Positions 57,680-59,296 of a stretch of 59,296 bases of DNA are shown here, one piece after another (position 1 is the first letter of the stretch; each line of letters starts with the position of its first letter). The notes under the pieces are model-generated. The model did not search any database. It saw only the letters and a program-made list of their open reading frames with translations, and was not told the DNA's origin. This DNA comes from a virus: the IMG/VR virus record IMGVR_UViG_3300044552_000050, positions 1-59,296 of that record, one strand, 5' to 3'. The translations under genes and the position numbers were made by a program.

Positions 57680-57923
57680 ACGCCCGGCTGATGAAAACCT
57701 TGGTCGCCGGGCTGCCGAGAATAACCAGCCACGGCGACCGCCTGCATACGTCAAGGACAAGGCGGCATGGTTGCGCGGCTACGATGAAAGTGGTGCAGGC
57801 CGTCACGCTGAAATGCTCGCGCTGGTGCGTGACGCATTTGCCCGGCACCGCGACGGTGTTCTGTCGCTCGACCAGTTGGAAAACCTGCTGGTCACAGAAC
57901 TCCCCGAATTCCTGAACTCGTAA
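57672..57923 (+). CDS. Hypothetical protein
   Basis: 83 aa. The ATG overlaps the upstream 3' end. Confidence 0.5.
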   Translation: MAERPADENLGRRAAENNQPRRPPAYVKDKAAWLRGYDESGAGRHAEMLALVRDAFARHRDGVLSLDQLENLLVTELPEFLNS

Positions 57924-57940
57924 AACACGGAAACAACACA

Positions 57941-58495
57941 ATGCAAAACCCCGATTGGACGAAACTCGCGCGCGAAATCCATGCCGACAACGTGGCTGCC
58001 GGATGGTGGACAGACCTGAAAACTGGTGCTGACCTGACGGCCACCCGTGATCGCCTGAACCTGTCAATGCTGGTGATTACAGAACTCACCGAAGCAGCCG
58101 ATGCGTACTCGCGTGATGCTTTCGACGACAAACTGCCGCAATACAAAGGCGTCGGTGTCGAACTGGCCGATGCTCAGATTCGCATTCTCGACCGTCTCGG
58201 TGCCGATGGGTATGCGGCGGCATATGTACCGCATCAGACAATGGTAGATGAAAATTTTGACCGTGATTTCACTATCACAGTCATGTCTATTGGCATGGCT
58301 GCCGAACATGACCGCAAAGGTCGCATGTGGGACGCCTGTGCCCAACTCACAGACGCCTTGAACTGGATTGAAGCGTGGGGTCGCGCCCTTGGCTTCGATA
58401 TGCACGAACTCCGCGAAGCCAAGCGGGAATATAACTGCCAGCGGGCCGACCATAAGCCGGAAAATCGCCGTGCTGAAGGTGGGAAGGTTTTCTGA
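57941..58495 (+). CDS. MazG-like nucleoside triphosphate pyrophosphohydrolase
   Basis: ITELTEAADAY...GVELADAQIRILD fits the all-alpha NTP-PPase ExxE...ExxD pattern. Confidence 0.6.
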   Translation: MQNPDWTKLAREIHADNVAAGWWTDLKTGADLTATRDRLNLSMLVITELTEAADAYSRDAFDDKLPQYKGVGVELADAQIRILDRLGADGYAAAYVPHQTMVDENFDRDFTITVMSIGMAAEHDRKGRMWDACAQLTDALNWIEAWGRALGFDMHELREAKREYNCQRADHKPENRRAEGGKVF

Positions 58496-58698
58496 TGGTT
58501 GATAAAAGAGAAGATTTCCGCGCTGTTCTTGCAGACGGCAAATACACATACATTCGTTATTCTGACGGGTCACAGAAAGTCCTGCGTCACAACGAAGAAT
58601 GGCCTGCGAAGGATGCTTCAATAGTTGGTGATAGTTTCCTTGCAGAATTCGGATATGCCCTGGAAGACGCCATTAAACGTCTTGGAGAGCGCTCGTGA
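58495..58698 (+). CDS. Hypothetical protein
   Basis: 67 aa. TGATG coupling. Confidence 0.5.
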   Translation: MVDKREDFRAVLADGKYTYIRYSDGSQKVLRHNEEWPAKDASIVGDSFLAEFGYALEDAIKRLGERS

Positions 58699-59129
58699 TG
58701 CTGAACCCCATGATTGCCATTGGTCCTTATACCCCTGGCACCCACGCCCCCTATTGCGTAGGTACCCATCCGGTATCACTGCTTACCACCGAAGGCGACG
58801 GCATGCTCCCCATCGTCGTCCGTGACATGGTGACTGACGAAATCCTGCGTTTCACACGCACAGGAATACCTGCACCCGGTGAAAACCGCATGCGGCTGTG
58901 TATCGGTAGGGAAGTCAAAAACAGCAAGGATATTATCGCAGCCTTCACACATGAACGCCAGCGCGCAGATGTGCGCCGGGCCATGTGTGATGAACTGGTG
59001 CAGTACGAAGCTGGCTCGCCCGAAGCCGTTGCACTCTCAAAAATGATGAAAGCAGTGAATGATGTTTTACGTGGCTCTGATACAGCACCCGATGAGTCTG
59101 CACATACTGACGAAGAAGAAATCTTCTGA
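58698..59129 (+). CDS. Hypothetical protein
   Basis: 143 aa. TGATG coupling. Acidic C-terminus. Confidence 0.5.
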   Translation: MLNPMIAIGPYTPGTHAPYCVGTHPVSLLTTEGDGMLPIVVRDMVTDEILRFTRTGIPAPGENRMRLCIGREVKNSKDIIAAFTHERQRADVRRAMCDELVQYEAGSPEAVALSKMMKAVNDVLRGSDTAPDESAHTDEEEIF

Positions 59130-59277
59130 GGAACGCCCTACCTTCGGCCCATTCGAGACTGAAGAACGCGCAGAACAGTTCATTCGTGATGCCCAACCAC
59201 GGATTTCCGAATACCATCGCGGTGTGGCGAATGAGCGTCATATCCTTCTCGGCCATTTGGCCCGTATTGCACGGTGA
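59092..59277 (+). CDS. Hypothetical protein spanning into the terminal repeat
   Basis: MSLHILTKKK...LLGHLARIAR. The stop is 6 nt before the kinase ATG. Its 3' part is duplicated at 1..107. Confidence 0.4.
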   Translation: MSLHILTKKKSSEERPTFGPFETEERAEQFIRDAQPRISEYHRGVANERHILLGHLARIAR

Positions 59278-59296
59278 AAACACATGATTATCGGAA
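59170..59296. repeat. Terminal direct repeat, copy 2
   Basis: Identical to 1..127. Confidence 0.95.

Overview
The first and last 127 bp of this window are identical, so it is one complete, circularly assembled tailed-phage genome with about 59,169 bp of unique sequence. The phage looks temperate. It carries a P4-type tyrosine integrase, an AlpA-like excisionase, a CI-like HTH repressor and a candidate attP with arm-type repeats.

Genes are tightly packed (many ATGA/TGATG stop-start overlaps) in four transcription blocks:
- Minus strand, 41668 down to 2523: replication genes (DUF2800 nuclease, DUF2815 SSB, family-B-like DNA polymerase, SF2 helicase, VRR-NUC), repressor, attP, int, xis and a methyltransferase. 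These are followed by a lambda-like packaging/head module (TerS, GpA-type TerL, gpW, portal, S49 protease, gpD-like, gpE-like capsid), the neck and tail genes (gpZ-like, major tail, G/GT frameshift chaperone, tape measure with an SLT domain), a GTA-like tail tip (DUF2460-like Dit, DUF2163/BR0599 hub, J-like protein, DUF2793-like fibre), and a lysis cassette (GH19 endolysin, i-/o-spanin).
- Plus strand, 41771-48385: primase-helicase, an iteron origin and nrdAB.
- Minus strand, 50705-48866: ArdA plus five small unknown genes.
- Plus strand, 51032 through the circular junction to 2478: many small unknown genes, ThyX, a C5-methyltransferase, a mini nucleotidyltransferase, MazG, a T4-gp1-like dNMP kinase, a GapR-like protein and a beta-class methyltransferase.

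The GapR/DUF2312, GTA-like tail tip and DUF2793 content suggest an alphaproteobacterial host; this is inference only.

The most notable observations are:
- a PAPS-sulfotransferase-like gene embedded in the tail-tip module;
- a C5-methyltransferase locus in which two overlapping reading frames both look like methyltransferase sequence;
- a 12-copy dispersed 19-bp element, ACTCAC-N7-GTGAGT, at module boundaries and gene junctions;
- an AT-rich methyltransferase cassette flanked by 24-bp direct repeats that duplicate the terS start;
- an iteron origin, and a second repeat-rich non-coding island.

All family assignments come from motifs read by eye and recalled from memory. No database search was run.
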